From assembly GCF_009914755.1 (NCBI RefSeq), contig NC_060934.1: a DNA stretch of 64,000 nucleotides, one strand, 5' to 3'. How positions within the stretch are numbered: the first letter of the stretch is position 1; every line of letters starts with the position of its first letter. Positions 36,883 through 52,339 of the stretch are shown one piece after another. Under the pieces are notes generated by a model. The model did not search any database and was not told the DNA's origin. It saw nothing but the letters and a program-made list of their open reading frames with translations. This DNA is from the human T2T-CHM13v2.0 reference genome, Homo sapiens. Both the position numbers and the translations under genes were made by a program.

Positions 36883-37036
36883 TCATGTGGGTATTGCTTA
36901 ATTCTGATTTCATATCACTGAACACTGTAGATATTAAAATGTTCAGCAGGCACAGTTCTGTAAAATTGTTCGTGATACATTAAGAATGAAAGAATCAAGT
37001 TGTATAATAAGGATAACATCATCCCACTTTTGTACA

Positions 37037-37042
37037 AATAAA
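37037..37042 (+). terminator. PLEKHS1: Candidate PLEKHS1 polyadenylation signal AATAAA (others at 35700 and 36571)
   Basis: TGTA just upstream and a GT-rich tract just downstream. Confidence 0.55.
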
Positions 37043-37388
37043 TGTTTGGTGTTTGTGTGTATGTATATGTGTATATCAAATTTCTTCAACCCTTACTAGA
37101 GTGAGAGGTCCGTACCTCCCAGGGCTACTGTGAGGTTTCCTTATAAGTACACTGCCTGATCAGGAGTAAACACTCCACAGGTGTTCTTTGTCCCACTGTT
37201 GCTCTACGTGCTTTTTTAAAAAATTAAAACTTAGAGTCAAATTTTTAGTAAAGAGTTATCTCTGAGAAATACGATCAGGGTTGGCCATGGGAAGAGAGGC
37301 ATTTCTGTAATGTTTGAATACTTTTTTTTGCAATGTGCATATGTCACTTTTATAATACAAAAATACAAGCGTGGGAATGTATATATAA

Positions 37389-37700
<312 letters not shown>

Positions 37701-38174
37701 ACATGTACATATTTTTTAAACTTTCAGAAATGAGAAGCCAAGCCACTACAATGAAAGAAATAAAAAAAAAAACCTGCAGGTAAAACCACCTGGCAACCAA
37801 TAGTGTGGGTGGATACACGGCTTTGAAGCCCAAAGATCCTTCCCTGGGCCTGCTCAGAGGCCACACTACCAGGCCAATAAATGCTAAATGGAGGCTGGTG
37901 GACAAGCCTTACCCACCAGTCTTTCCACCCCCTCAATGAGGCAAAGAACAGCGGGAGGCCTCAGGAGTTGAATCACTGACATGGCTCAAGGAAGTGCCGG
38001 GCCCAGAACACAGAACTCCTGGCTCCCAATCCCATGCTCTTCCCAGCCCAGCACGGGGAGATCAGCCAACCTACCCTTGGCCCTCTCTTAATCCCAAAAC
38101 TTTCCTCCAACATCAGGGCCAGCTGGGGTCCTTGTTATTAGGATCCTGCTCTGGGGGCTTCTCTCACATGAGGC

Positions 38175-38345
38175 GTTTGTTCTCAAGGAAAATCTCAGGG
38201 CAGATTCCAAGTCTTCCCCAACTGAAAGATTCTGATTCTGCAGATCCGGTGTGGGGCTGTGGAATCTGCATTCTAACAGCCACCTTCCCTGAAGGGGATC
38301 TGACTGCAGGTGGAACAGGGAACATACACTGGGGAGCATTGTGCC
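38175..38345. mobile_element. MER5A-like hAT element (similar pieces at about 53110-53284 and 61770-61915)
   Basis: gattctgattc...gtggggc...gaatctgcatt motif. Confidence 0.55.
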
Positions 38346-39597
38346 TGGGGTCCCGTGGAGAGGCACGCGAGTCCTCCCAAGAGGCTGCAGAATGTGGAGG
38401 ACGCACACGGGCATTATTGAGGGGAGAAGGCCCACAGTTTCCAATAGTTCCGAAAGACGTTAATGGCTGTCACCCCCTCCCCACCTGCAAAAAGGCTTGA
38501 TTCCTGAAGGGAGAAGCCTGGCTTTCACTCCTTGCTATCTGTTACTTAGGGAAGGGTACAACCAGTGCCTGGAGGAACTGGGCACTGCCACATGCTGTTG
38601 TGCAGTTGAGGTGGAGAGAGGAGCCCACAGCTTTGGCTTCAGCAAAGCCACTTCTGCCTGCCGCTCCTCAGGGCCCGGGTTCACTCCTCTATGCCCCTTC
38701 TTTCCCAGGCCTGGGGACCACACTTCCCCAGGGGTCCACCAAGGCTCTTTCTCCTGAAAATGGGAGTGGCCCCAAGGGAAGCTCATGACCAAACTGGCCC
38801 CAAAGCCCAGTCATCAAGCCATTTGTCTCAGACCTCAGCTTTTAGAGCCCTCTTCTGCTGCACGGCTAAGAAAAGAAAGGTATAGGACAGGCTGCTGGGA
38901 GATGCAGACAGTTCCCAGGCCAAGGCTAGAAAAACACTTGTGCCTCATATATATATATATATATTATATGATTCTGCCAGAGCTAAGAGGGTGGGACAGA
39001 CCCTCCTGACACACTGCCCACCACAGCCACGTCCACACCCACCCTCAGTGCCTTCTGCCACCTGTGATATTTCCCCTTCCAGAACTGCCCTTGATATTTG
39101 TCCCGACCTGGTTCTAGGTGGGTGAATGTGGGGCTGGGGACTACAAAGTGATTGGCTCAGCTGTCCTGCCAGGATGGCCCTGTCTGGCAGATTTCTGGAG
39201 GAAAGGAGGTCATGAGAATGGACTGGAGCAATTCTTGGCCATCACATCCTCGGCTCAAATCTGGTGCAGCCCTTCAGTCTTGCTGGAGAAGAAACCAGAG
39301 CCCAGACATGTGGAGATATTGGCCTGGGCTTCCCCAGCTCCATGCCATGCCTCCACCTCCCAGGCCAACACCTTCCCTGCACTCACACTTCTCAGCAGGG
39401 CATCTGGAGCTACCACCTCTCTGGCCTGCTCTCCCTTCCAAATGCTTGCCTTATGCCTGCAGAACAGGCCACAGAGGGAGTCTACATATTTCCACTTTGT
39501 TCTCTCGGCTGAGGATGCAAACCCTTCAGAGTGAAATCTTAAAAGCAGCTGGTAAGATAAGGAATGAATGCAGAGGGCCAAATACATGCATCCTTAC

Positions 39598-39648
39598 TTG
39601 AAGCTGTCAACATGTGAGTGTAGATTCCAGCAAGGTATTCTTCTCTAC
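39598..39648 (-). pseudogene. 51-nt exon relic (REEYLAGIYTHMLTAS in phase 1), followed by a terminal-exon-like acceptor at 39282
   Basis: cattctctag acceptor, CAA|GTAAGG donor; frame uncertain. Confidence 0.55.
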
Positions 39649-40131
39649 CTAGAGAATGAGCCACTGTACATTCAATATATGTACCTAAATGTGTGTGTGT
39701 CTGTGTATATTGAGGGGGAGTGGAGAGGACAGGTGGAGAATCACAATAATTCTTTAATAAGGTAAGATGATGGCGCACCACGATCCCCCCACCTCCATCC
39801 CATTTCTCTCCAGAGCTTGTGCCAAGTGACTTTCCCTTGAGATGATAAGAGGAATTTAAAGTATCATAAACAGGCCCAAAGGGAGAGGATGCTCAGATTT
39901 AGCTGGATTAACTCAGAGTTCTTCAGTGAAGTTGAACTTTGTGGATATGCAAGATATGTGTTTTACTGAAAAAGCTCTTTAAAATGTCTGAGTTAATGAA
40001 GTCTTTGTCTAATGATCAAGAATCTGGTAGGACTTAGGGGCCGTTCTCCATATCAACTCTGGTTAGATGGTTCTAGAAAATGAAGGGAGGTTTAAGGGGC
40101 CCCCTTGCAGTCACAGCACTGGGCTCTGGAG

Positions 40132-40339
40132 CTGTGCTGCCGCATATGACAGCCACTAGTTTCATGGGGCCATTTAACTGTAACTAATGCAAATTAAATA
40201 AAATTTAAAATTCAGTTTCTCAGTTGCACTAGCCATATTTGAAGCATTCAATAACCCTGTATGGCAATTTGGTACTGTATTAGATGGCACAGATGTGAAA
40301 TATTTTCATCATCACAGAAACTTCTAGAGGCCAGCACTG
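40132..40339. mobile_element. MER3-like hAT element
   Basis: aattaaataaaatttaaaattcagtttctcagttgcactagccatattt motif. Confidence 0.7.
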
Positions 40340-40661
40340 ATCCAGAGTATTAAGCCCCCAAGAGGAGAATAATTCACATCTTTCTTATTCACCACCATAT
40401 TCCTAGCATATAAATATAGGGCATGGCACATAACAAGTACTCAATAAGTATATGTTAAAAGAAGGAATGTTCTGTTAAATATAATTCACAAACCTTGTTC
40501 ATAAATTGGTATTTATTAATTGCATCTGACCCCAGCACCACCCCCCGCCCCCCCCCCCCCCCACCACCACAAAAAATGTTATCAGAGTCATTCCAATGTG
40601 AGGCTAATAACTACTTTTTGGTCTGGGGTCAGATGCAATTAATTGAAAATCAAGCTATGGG

Positions 40662-40662
<1 letters not shown>

Positions 40663-40699
<37 letters not shown>

Positions 40700-40984
40700 A
40701 GACAGCGTCTTGTTCCTGTCACCCAGGCTGGAGTGCAGTGGCAGGATCTTGGCTCACTGCAGCCTTGATTTCCCAGACTCAAGCGATCCTCTCACCTCAA
40801 CCTCCTGAGTAGCTGAAACTATAGGCAAACACCACTGCACCTGGCTAATTTTGTGTGTGTGTTTTTTGTAGAGATGAGGTCTCACTACGTTGCAGGTTGG
40901 TCTCGAGCTCCTGAGCTCAAGTGATTTGCCTGCCTCAGCTTCCCAAAGTGTTGGGATTCCAGGCATGAACCACCATGCCGGGCC
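40663..40984 (-). mobile_element. AluJ with a T36 tract
   Basis: AluJ-type right arm. Confidence 0.9.
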
Positions 40985-41842
40985 TTTTTAATGTAAGCTA
41001 TTTTTTCAACAATTAAGAGATTTCTAAGGTTCCTATGCAGCAGTTAATAGGCTTGGTGCTGTTATGGGGACATAAAAGAAATAGAAGATCTAAAACTCTC
41101 TTAAAAAGAGCTTACTACACAGTGAGGAAGAGAAAAGTTGAGCATACCATGATCTTTTGTTTACCTGATATGATTTGAGATGGCACTATTCTGTAAGTTT
41201 AATTTTTAGCTTATATGAATCATAATCTTTCTAAAATTTCTTAACACTTTCCTGTATTCTTAAACTCCTCCCACTCAGGGACATGGTTATGGGCATTCTA
41301 AGTATCTACCACACTCTAAATATTTCCTAAGGAGTACTGAGCTGTGGGGGACTATTCCCACCTATGCCAATTGATCCTAGACTGCTTTGTTTATGCTGTG
41401 GGCTGCAAAAGCAGAGGATGCAGCTTGTTCTAACCATACACACTAGGAATCAATAGGCTTTGAGTGTAGGTCCAAGAGGTTTTATGAGTAAAGATGTTGG
41501 TTCTTAATCCAGGGGTTCTGTGACACTGATTTAGAGTTCTCAGTTGCCTTGGTGCTAGTGGTGGTGGTGGCGGTGGAGGTATTGCCATTTGCTTGCCTCT
41601 TGGCTCTCAAGTATGTTCTGGATAGGTGAGACCACCAGAAAAATAATTAGAGGCAGTGTAAAATCACTCTCCAAGAAAAATCAGAGGACAATGAACTATC
41701 AAACTACATGGTGATAGCAGGGTTCAGAAAGGAAGGAGATCGTGATGGAACAGAATGCCAACCATGACTAACATGCAGAGAGTGCCTTCTATCTGCCGGG
41801 CAATATTCAAACACTCTACTGACTCCTATAAAAGCCCTGTGG

Positions 41843-42150
41843 GCCAGGTGCAGTGGCTCACATCTGTAATCCCAGCACTTTGGGAGGCCGAGGCAGGTGG
41901 ATCACTTGAGGTCAGGAGTTCAAGACCAGCTTGGCCAATATGGAGAAACCCTGTCTCTACAAAAATACAAAAATAAGCTGGGCGTCGTGGCGGGCATCTG
42001 TAATCCCACCTGCTCGGGAGTCTGAGGCAGGAGAATCGCTTGAGCTTGAACTCGGGAGGTGGAGGTTGCGGTGAGCTGAGATACTGCCACTACGCTCCAG
42101 CCTGGGTGAGAGAGCGAGACCCTCTCTCAAAACAAAAACAAAACAAAAAA
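41843..42150 (+). mobile_element. AluS inserted in a MIR
   Basis: Full dimer, agccctg TSD, MIR sequence on both sides. Confidence 0.9.
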
Positions 42151-42652
42151 CAGCCCTGCGAGACCAGGACTCTTATTGTCCCCGGGTTTCGGATGGGGAG
42201 ACAAAGCACAGAGAAGATACATCGCTTGCTCAGGGCTATGGCTAGTACCAGACAGAGCCAGAACTCAGACCAGAAAGACTGGCTTTGGAGACCACAGGCG
42301 TCCTGAAAGAGGAGCTGAAACTGAGCTCTGGAAGAGAATAATCCAGCAAGGGACGGCGGTGCAGACAGGATCAGACATGGAGCTCACTTTCCAAAAGTAA
42401 AAACAGGGAACATGTTGGAATGACTCATAGAATGACTCAGCGTTTTTATACATCTCTCATTTCAGTAACACGCATTCATCTTTGGGCCTATTGCCCAGAA
42501 GAATCACAAAAGTGGTTCCTTTTGTGGTTCCGGGAGCCAGGGGAATTCTGTGGCAGCTTCTGTTATGACTAGTAAACGCGTTTCATAACCCTCCTTTGAG
42601 TTGGCCATCTGGCTCTATATTATACTCAAGTTAATACAAAACTAATGCATAC

Positions 42653-42763
42653 TTCTAGTGACAAAGGCATTAGGCTAGTCCTCTGGACAGGAGATAATAA
42701 AGAATCCTTGGCTTTGTAGACCTCGTCATCAAGTGAAGGTAATAAAAACATACACATAGATAC
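42653..42763 (-). pseudogene. Exon relic VSMCMFLLPSLDDEVYKAKDSLLSPVQRTSLMPLSLE
   Basis: tttgccttgtag acceptor, GAA|GTATGC donor; 111 nt, fully open, phase 0-0. Confidence 0.6.
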
Positions 42764-43207
42764 CTACAAGGCAAATATGATTATCCTAAATCCTTTGTTA
42801 AAGTCACAACTCAATGTTACAAACACAAAAGGCTTAAAGACTAATTCTATCTAGTTGGTTTGGAAAAAGCTTCAAGGGAGGGATATATTTGGGGTGCAGA
42901 GATGTAGTGGGAGGGATTTCATGTCTTGAAGAATGAATAGGATTCACTTAATATTCTAGAACAGGTCAAACCCCCAGTGCACAGCCACCAGAATGTAACT
43001 GGAGGGCCAAAGAAGTTCTCAAGGGTCCTGTAGAACTCCCTAATCCCTGTCGGCTGTCACTGTCATCACTTTTCCAGCATCTTCTGGGTTCAGGGGACTG
43101 TCAGGCACTGGTGATATTAACAGGAATAAAATATGTTCCCTCAGGGAGGTGATAGCCTAATTAAGGATACAGGTGTGAAAATTGTTTAGGGGTAAAAAGT
43201 TCCCTTG

Positions 43208-44335
<1,128 letters not shown>

Positions 44336-44614
44336 AAGAAAATTTCCCTCTTAGACTCTAAACCGGGGTAGGGAAGTTTTATATTAAGGCATCTTTCAAT
44401 GTTGGAAATGGGCTTCATTTATAGTTCATACAGAAAAAAGGCAGGAGTCACTTTCCCGTGGAGTAATTAAGCAGCCTTTTCTAAAACAGTACTTCATGTG
44501 AATCTCCTAAGAGTTTCCCCGCAGAAGAAACAGTTGACTACCTGCTCAATGAGAATCTTTAACTCCTTTATAGTTAATAATTACTATAATCATCAAATCT
44601 TAAAATAAAATTAC

Positions 44615-45718
44615 CCCCAACAACCAGGGGTTCCACTTGAAGATCCGTTTATACTAAAGTGTAAATGACTATATGCATCTTAACAGAGCAAAAAGATGGC
44701 AAGAAAGGACAAGAGGGCACTCAGTGCCCAGAAGAGCAGGATGTGCGAAGCTAGATTTCAGAGAAAGTGGAAAGATACCAGTAAAGCACCCAAGACAAAT
44801 GGCATATTTCTCAACTTATCAATAGCTAAGTAGCTATTGACAGTGGCTAAAGTAGCTAGAAATTACACTTTCTCCCCTAAAGCCTTCTTTTGGAAGTTGA
44901 TAAGAAAACATAATTGCTATTTTTGCATATTTGGGACTGGCAGGATTTTGCTGCGCTCCAAAGAAAGGTAACCCCTTGACCAAATGTTTTGTTTTGGGGT
45001 TTCTTGGTGCGTGTGTGTGTATGTGTGTTTTCCTTATATGCTAATCCAACCCTGATTTCTCATAGACTGTCTTGCAATCCCATTATCTTGCCAGGCAAAA
45101 TCACATAAAATTTAACACTGTAGGAGAAAAGGTCTTCAAAAGTCTAAATAATGACCAAATCATAAGGCCTAGCTAGGAGACGAGAAGCTCTAACTGCGAG
45201 CTAAGTGGAGGAGGCGTGGGCTTAAACTCAAGAAGAGGGATATTTAGGAAGAAATTAGTCTTGAGCGATTACAGATTGCTAGCAAGATGTTGCCAGCACA
45301 AATCAGCCTAGATGCTATAATCTACCTTTTCCTTAATTAATATCTTACACTTTTGAAGTGAGTGAAACTGCAAAGGGCTCTGCCAAGATTCCTCCCAGTT
45401 TACATAAGCCAAACTTGAGCTGGGTTGTGGATTTATTAGGCAGTGCTGTGAACATGTTTAATGCAGTCTTTATTTATTGAGCTATATAAATAGACTTGAT
45501 ACTAGTGTCGCCATCAATTCAGGAAGGATGCTTCCCTTCACATGGTCTCATGGTGGCTGTTAGGCATTTGCATGCTATTCATGATCATCAGAGCATTTTC
45601 ACCTCTGCAACCCTCCTTTCCCCTGCTATCCCTCCTTCCCAATTCGCTAGATTTTGAGAATGTAGATCACCCAGATCATTAAAACAATATCAGGATTGCC
45701 TTATTAACTCTCTGTGAT
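44615..45718 (-). pseudogene. Three short exon relics: 45671-45718 (HRELIRQS*YCFNDL), 45038-45117 (LNFM*FCLAR*WDCKTVYEKSGLD*H), 44615-44653 (YKRIFKWNPWLLG)
   Basis: Pyrimidine-tract acceptors; phases 1-1, 1-0 and 0-0 chain; the middle donor reads ATAAGG (GT lost). Confidence 0.55.
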
Positions 45719-46133
45719 CTAGGAATTAAAGAGAAAAGAAGCATGAAGCATATTGCAGTGCTCTGAACGATTTTAATAAAGTATGTATTTACTTGGTAAA
45801 CATTCAACCCACAGGGTCTAGCTCAAATGTCATGCTTCTCAACAGCTCTCTTTGCTTCTCCTTCCTGGACCTAATTGATTGTCCCATCTGTATTTCCACA
45901 TCACTTTGTATCCATTCCCTCTGCAGCATGCAAATCTATTGAGGTTATTTGTAAATATATCTGTTATTCCACACAAATCCATGGATTCTTTGAGGACAAA
46001 ACCACACCTTGGTCGTGTTTATATTTAAGAGTCTTTAAAAATAAAATTTAAAAACCACAAGAGTCTTTAAGAGTGCTTGAAATAATAACAATTGCATGTC
46101 AAATTGAAGTGAAATATGAGGTAACCATCTCAC

Positions 46134-46380
46134 AATGCAAAGCCTTCCACAAAGTGCAGCTGCAATGCCCACGGGTACCCCAAGTCTCTAGTTGCTTTTG
46201 CTTATGTAGATGAGTTCTTAGAGCTGTATAGTTCAGAGACTCTAGGGATAATAGAGTTCTAACATTTGTCACTAGCAAAAGCCCTCCACTTTGCCCTTGA
46301 GTCATTAAACCAAGAATTTATTCAGTGCTGCTTAATATAGGTTTGGAATGTAGATGCTATAAAAGGTATCTTCTTTATTC
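46134..46380 (-). pseudogene. Exon relic E*RRYLL*HLHSKPILSSTE*ILGLMTQGQ...CTLWKALH
   Basis: ttctttctgcgtctttag acceptor, GTGAGA donor; last 61 codons open; phase 0 to 1. Confidence 0.55.
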
Positions 46381-46401
46381 CTAAAGACGCAGAAAGAAAT
46401 G

Positions 46402-46675
46402 GGCCAGTTGCGGTGGCTCACATCTGTAATCCCAGCACTTCAGGGTGGGTGGGTCACTTGAGGTCAAGAGTTTGAAACCAGCCTGGCCAATATGGTGAAA
46501 CCCTGTCTCTACTAAAAATAAAGAAATTAGTCAGGCTGTTGGTGCACACCTATAGTCCCAGCTACTCAGGAGGCTGAGGCAGGAGGATCACTTGAAGATT
46601 ACAGTGAGCCGAGATTATGCCACTGTACTCCAGCCTGGGTGACAGAGAAAGACTCGGTCTGAAAACCAACAAAAT
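46402..46675 (+). mobile_element. Alu with internal deletions
   Basis: Alu sequence. Confidence 0.88.
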
Positions 46676-48042
46676 GAATGAAAGGGATCTGATTTTTTGA
46701 ACATCTACTCAACAATGTGAGGTGCTGTGCTAGGACTTTATAAACATTATTCCATTTAATCTCCTCAACAACTGCAAGGTAAGTACTGTCAACGTCATTT
46801 TTCAGATCAGAGAGGTTAAATAACTGTGTTGAGGTGATGGATTCTCACTCAGGTTGGCCTCCCTTCAAGGCCCACTGTATAAGGCACAGTCTTTAGAGTC
46901 CTACTGATGTACCACTGAGTTTGATCTTTAGCCTGGAAAATTCACTTCACCTTTCTAGGTCACAATCACTGCATCAGTAAAATGGAAATTTTTTTTGACA
47001 AATGGTAATGTAATCTTTTAAGAAACCCATGAAACCCTAAGGCCTATCAGTCTAAATCCATTCACGGAAATATGAATAATTAGCATGAACTAAGTATTGT
47101 GAAACAGAAGAGAGAATGTATTTAGGTGCCTAACCCACCATATAAACCATAAGTGATGCAAGAATTCAGAGAAAGTGAACATGCATACAAGCTATTGTAC
47201 TCAAAGAAGGCTCCCTGAAACAAGCAGGTCTTAAATTGGGACTTAAAGGATGAATGACATTTGGAAAGACAAGTAGATTGAGCATAGGGAGAAAAATGAC
47301 TTAAAATGAACATAATAGTGAAGAGACACTGCACATAAAAATAATGAAAACTACCATCTGTTGAGTGATTACAGCAGGAAGCGAGCCAAGCCCTCTGTAA
47401 GCATTGTTTCACTTAATCCTCCCAATAATTTTTATAAGGTTGGGTGTTGGATTATTCCCATTTTACTGATGGGGAAACTAAAGATCAGAGAGGTCATACA
47501 GTTATTAAGTTGTAGAACTAAGATCTAACTCCACATTCTTGTCTAACTAGGAAAGACAGTCCATGTTGGAGAGAGGTTATGGAGAGGAATATGGGAAGTC
47601 CAGATGGTTTCTACAGTCACTGGGATTTATCAGTCTATGTGAACTAATTTTCCCCACAAAATGTTAACAGATGCAACATCTCACCCAGATTCCTAAAACT
47701 TGCCCTACCCTTTGATGGAAAAACAAATCCCACTCATTTGTCTTGACTTTCTCTGGGTATCACTGAAACATTTCATTTTTGCCAATGTCAATAGACGTCA
47801 TGTTTTGTTTGTCATATCTTGATGTCAACACAAAATCAAGGTGGTTTCCAGTACCTACTTTTCTTCCCACTTGAAAATTATCCTTTCTTCTCCTTTTTAA
47901 AGTTAATATCCAAAAACCTTTTAACTTAATAACTTGTCTATTATTTCATGTTGAGAGAACAATAATGACAGGCTGGCTGGTCAACGAATCAGCAGATTTA
48001 TTTCCTTAATTTCATCTGACAGATGGCAGCCACATGACATAC

Positions 48043-48135
48043 TTTCCAGAGACACATTTCCCAAAAATTCTTCAGAGGAAGATAGTTATTTGAGGTCTTT
48101 GTTTTGCAGTCAAAATTTATTTTAATCCCATTATG
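48043..48135 (-). pseudogene. Exon relic HNGIKINFDCKTKTSNNYLPLKNFWEMCLWK
   Basis: ttttttaag acceptor, AAA|GTATGT donor; 93 nt, fully open, phase 0-0. Confidence 0.6.
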
Positions 48136-48584
48136 CTTAAAAAAGTGTTCCACATTTGATTATTGTTATAATCTTAGACTCATTCTCTTGTGTGCCTATT
48201 GATATTTGTCTCTTTCTATCTTTCTCTCAGGATTTTTAATCCTTTGTTCATTTCTTTGAGCCCTTAAACAAATACAACTCTTTCTGCATGATATTGTATC
48301 AGAGAATGTCTAGGCTAGAAGCTTGGGTTCTATCATATTTTCAGTCCTTGTGCCCCAAGCAGTTCAAGAATTTAAAGCTAGACCTCTAATATAGAAATGA
48401 CATGATCTAAAAAAGTCACTTCCCTCATTGTCCTTCACAAAATAAAGCAATCAAATCCTGTGACTATGTGACTTCAGGGTTCTGGAAGTGATCTGGCTTC
48501 AAAGTAAGCCAACATTGGTTATTGTCTTTTAGGTTGAGAAAGAACTACTTTTCTCATCACCACCATGGCTTGAAGCATCCACAC

Positions 48585-48952
48585 CTGCTTCTGTTCATCT
48601 ATAATGGCAGTCAGTCTACTTGTCACCCAGCTTCTCAGTATAAATGCTGTGCCTTCAAGGTCGGGGTCCCCAGCAGTTAGTGGGAGTTTCTGCCTCGAGT
48701 GCATGGTACGAGGGAATCACTTAAAGACTCAGGGACCATCAGGTGAAGCTGCTACCGTTAAACGCTCTGTTGATTTTCTTGGGATGCCAATTATTAAAGA
48801 CTAAATGAATATTTAGGAAAAACGTATGTCTTTTCAGATGGGAAAATTCTGGATCCCATCACTCTAGACACGAAGATTGCCACTTGGAAAGGAAGCAAAG
48901 TGTATAGAAAGTTAGCATTCAAAAACACTGCAGTGACTTTAAAGAATGTGGA
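48585..48952 (-). pseudogene. Exon relic PHSLKSLQCF...WDPEFSHLKRHTFFLNIHLVFNNWHPKKINRAF.../DLEGTAFILRSWVTSRLTAIIDEQKQ
   Basis: ccttcccctgtcctatcag acceptor, CAG|GTGTGG donor; 368 nt, phase 2 to 0 with one frameshift. Confidence 0.5.
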
Positions 48953-49141
48953 CTGATAGGACAGGGGAAGGTGTAGTGAGGAGGTGGAAAGTGCATTCAC
49001 TGTACCCACTCCTTGAGTGCCCAACTGCCCCTGGTGCCATCCTATGAAAATTCAGCCATGAAGTCTCCCCTGCTGTGTGACATGAGCCCTGCTTAGGTGG
49101 GGGCAGCACAGGGCAAACTTAGCCAGTAAGTGTCAACCTAC

Positions 49142-49309
49142 CTGACTCTCATATCGAAATGCTTATTAACCACAGTATCTTAATACAACATAAATCCACT
49201 GTAAAACCACATGGGAAAGCATGCAGCTAGCACTTCCTTAGAAAATGACAGGCAGGTAGAGAGGAATTGTGCAGCATTTCCCATATGTTAACTGATTTTC
49301 ATTTCAGGT
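49142..49309 (-). pseudogene. Exon relic PEMKIS*HMGNAAQFLSTCLSFSKEVLAACFPMWFYSGFMLY*DTVVNKHFDMRV
   Basis: ttttatttccag acceptor, CAG|GTAGGT donor; phase 2 to 2. Confidence 0.6.
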
Positions 49310-49831
49310 CTGGAAATAAAACCAAACTTAATCATTGTGGCAGGACTGAATAACAATATGTCTATGTGTTCAGCGCTTATGTCGTTCCTTTCCCAGAATA
49401 AAATTTGCCAAGAAAAATAGAAAGCTATGCTTAAAACGTAAGTTGCCTATTCCAACACAACTCTATAAGTATGCACTGAATACCCACTATGCACAAGACA
49501 CCCTGAAGACATAAAGACACATTAAATATAACCCCTCTTTCTATTGCCATCTCTGGCATTGCAAACTGTCAAGGTGAGCACGTGGCTGCACATACAGGGG
49601 CTGAAGATTTGGTAAAAACAAAATCAACATCAAAACCAAATTCCCTTCCTTAATCCCAAATTGATGAAACCTGAAAATAGGAATAAGCTCTAAGTACTAA
49701 GTGCTCTTTAGCTTTGGTAAGTTGTCCACAATTTTAGTTTTGTCTACTTGCTAGCCAATTTGTATCAGTTTAAGAAAAGCCGTTCACTCAACAAATATTT
49801 CTAGGACCAATCACATTCCAAGTACTAATCA

Positions 49832-50630
<799 letters not shown>

Positions 50631-50733
50631 AATTAATAGTGTACTTATGCTAAAATTAAGTATAATTATGCTATGGACTAAATACACATATTTTAAATTA
50701 ATCATCTAAAAATTTTCAATAGATTTAACATAC

Positions 50734-51014
50734 TGATAACATCAAAACCCTTTTGTGAATTTGCTGTTATTCCTAAAATCTTGGGTCTTGCTAGACTGGG
50801 TTTCTGCTGCCAGCATAATCTTGCCTTTCTCCTTTTTTGTCTGACAAATGTAATCTTTTGAATAACTTGTCTTTGTCCTGAGAAATAGCAGTCCCACATG
50901 AGTACCCTTGTAAAGCCTCCAAATATTTTTTTGCTTCATAATTTTGCTGTATTTCTGCAAGGCGGTTGGAATGGATCAGACATTTCCTAGTGACATCTTT
51001 TGGAATAAAGAGCT
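50734..51014 (-). pseudogene. Exon relic LFIPKDVTRKCLIHSNRLAEIQQNYEAKKYLEALQGYSCG...IHKRVLMLS
   Basis: ttccag acceptor, TCA|GTATGT donor; 73 consecutive open codons, then 3 stops; phase 1 to 0. Confidence 0.6.
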
Positions 51015-51258
51015 CTGGAATTTAACATTCAAATGACAGAGTGCACAGTTTGAAAAAGGCAAGAAATTGGTTTAAAATCTGCAGAGGTTTGCATTTATCA
51101 AGAGAACTAAAATGAGAGTATTGTCACTAATGAGTTCAACAGCGGGGTTCCCAAGGCAATGGAATATTGGTGACCACCAAAACATCTGAAGTTAGTCCCA
51201 CCCTCCCCATTTACTCACTGTACAACACTGAATATGTTTTAAGTTCTCTATGTCTCAC

Positions 51259-51686
51259 CTTGATTTTAAACCTGTCTGCCCTCCAAATAACGAAACTTCC
51301 CTTCCAAACAATTTGGTGATGTTTAAATCCAGTAAACTGGATTTCCGTGAGTAATCCTGTTTAGTTTTAAATAGTTTAAATAGGTATGACAATTCATTTT
51401 AGTGATAATATTTTGGTTGAGATTGACACTAATCTCAGGAATTTAAAACTAGCTGTTTACATTTCAGTATCGAAGGGCGCTGAAATGGTTTCCTTCCATG
51501 TACAAAATAATTTTAACAGAAATTTTAAAAATCACATTATCCCCCTAGGTCTGTTGTAAATAATCAGAATTAGAATCTTAATCTAATCAAGTATGGCTAA
51601 AAATACTCACCAAAGACATAGCCATTGTTCTAAACCTCTAATTTTAATTAATATTGAGAAATTCACCAGGACAATCATTTAATCTT
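51259..51686 (-). pseudogene. Two exon relics, 51611-51686 and 51259-51356
   Basis: Strong donors TTG|GTGAGT and AAG|GTGAGA with AG acceptors; frames ambiguous. Confidence 0.5.
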
Positions 51687-51860
51687 CTAGATAAAATAAG
51701 GGTGAGAGATTGGGCTAGTGGGTTGTTTTCAAATTATTTCAAGATCACATCTCTCTAGTTTTGTAACTCATTTCTTCAGCCATGGAAATAATTACACGAT
51801 ATTTTTAGAACTTAAACCAAGTTGAAATCAGGCAATAAAACCGAAAACAACTGAATTTAC

Positions 51861-52033
51861 TCTGCCTTTCTTTCATGTTGCCTTAATTTTTGTAAGATTA
51901 GTATTTACTGGAAATCTTTTAAGTTCAGTGAAAATTTCAGATCCATCTTGTTCAAGAATTGCTTATGTTCTATTATATTATTTCCCCAAAAAGTTACCAT
52001 TGGGGCTAACAGTGACAAGTCTCTCTCATCAGA
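51861..52033 (-). pseudogene. Exon relic SDERDLSLLAPMVTFWGNNIIEHKQFLNKMDLKFSLNLKDFQ*ILILQKLRQHERKA
   Basis: tttttcag acceptor, GTAAAT donor; 57 codons with one stop. Confidence 0.5.
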
Positions 52034-52201
52034 CTGAAAAATCACTCCTTAACAAGATTGTGAATTTTGTGTGGTGTTCCTAAAAGTTTTAAAGCTCAAA
52101 GTCTAAAAGCCAAAAGCTACTAAGAGGGTTTTTTGTTGTTGTTTGGTTGGTTTGTTGGTTAGTTGGTTTTGATTTTGGTTCTGTTTTTCCAGAAAGCTCA
52201 C

Positions 52202-52339
52202 ATAGTTAAGGAGAAAATGCCACAGCTTCGGTGTCCCTAGTTCCAGGTGGCTCAGCAAGTCAGAGGTACAGGCAATGATTAAAAAAAAACTGACATTCTC
52301 TACTGACAACATGGAAAGCATTCCAACAATTATGAGAAT
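52202..52339 (-). pseudogene. Exon relic, 46 open codons in phase 0 (ILIIVGML...KLWHFLLNY)
   Basis: ctaatag acceptor, TAT|GTGAGC donor, 138 nt; true frame uncertain. Confidence 0.45.

Noticed and set aside
37994-39601. Several 110-168 aa plus-strand ORFs in a GC-richer patch
   Set aside because: Overlapping in multiple frames, partly MER5A-derived, and not resembling any protein.
47720-47940. Additional minus-strand relic exon candidates (also near 51128-51185, 52431-52540, 55017-55154, 55376-55577, 56860, 60450-60612, 61563, 62438-62517 and 40072)
   Set aside because: Splice-like boundaries are present but frame or one boundary is ambiguous; not listed as individual features pending ortholog alignment.
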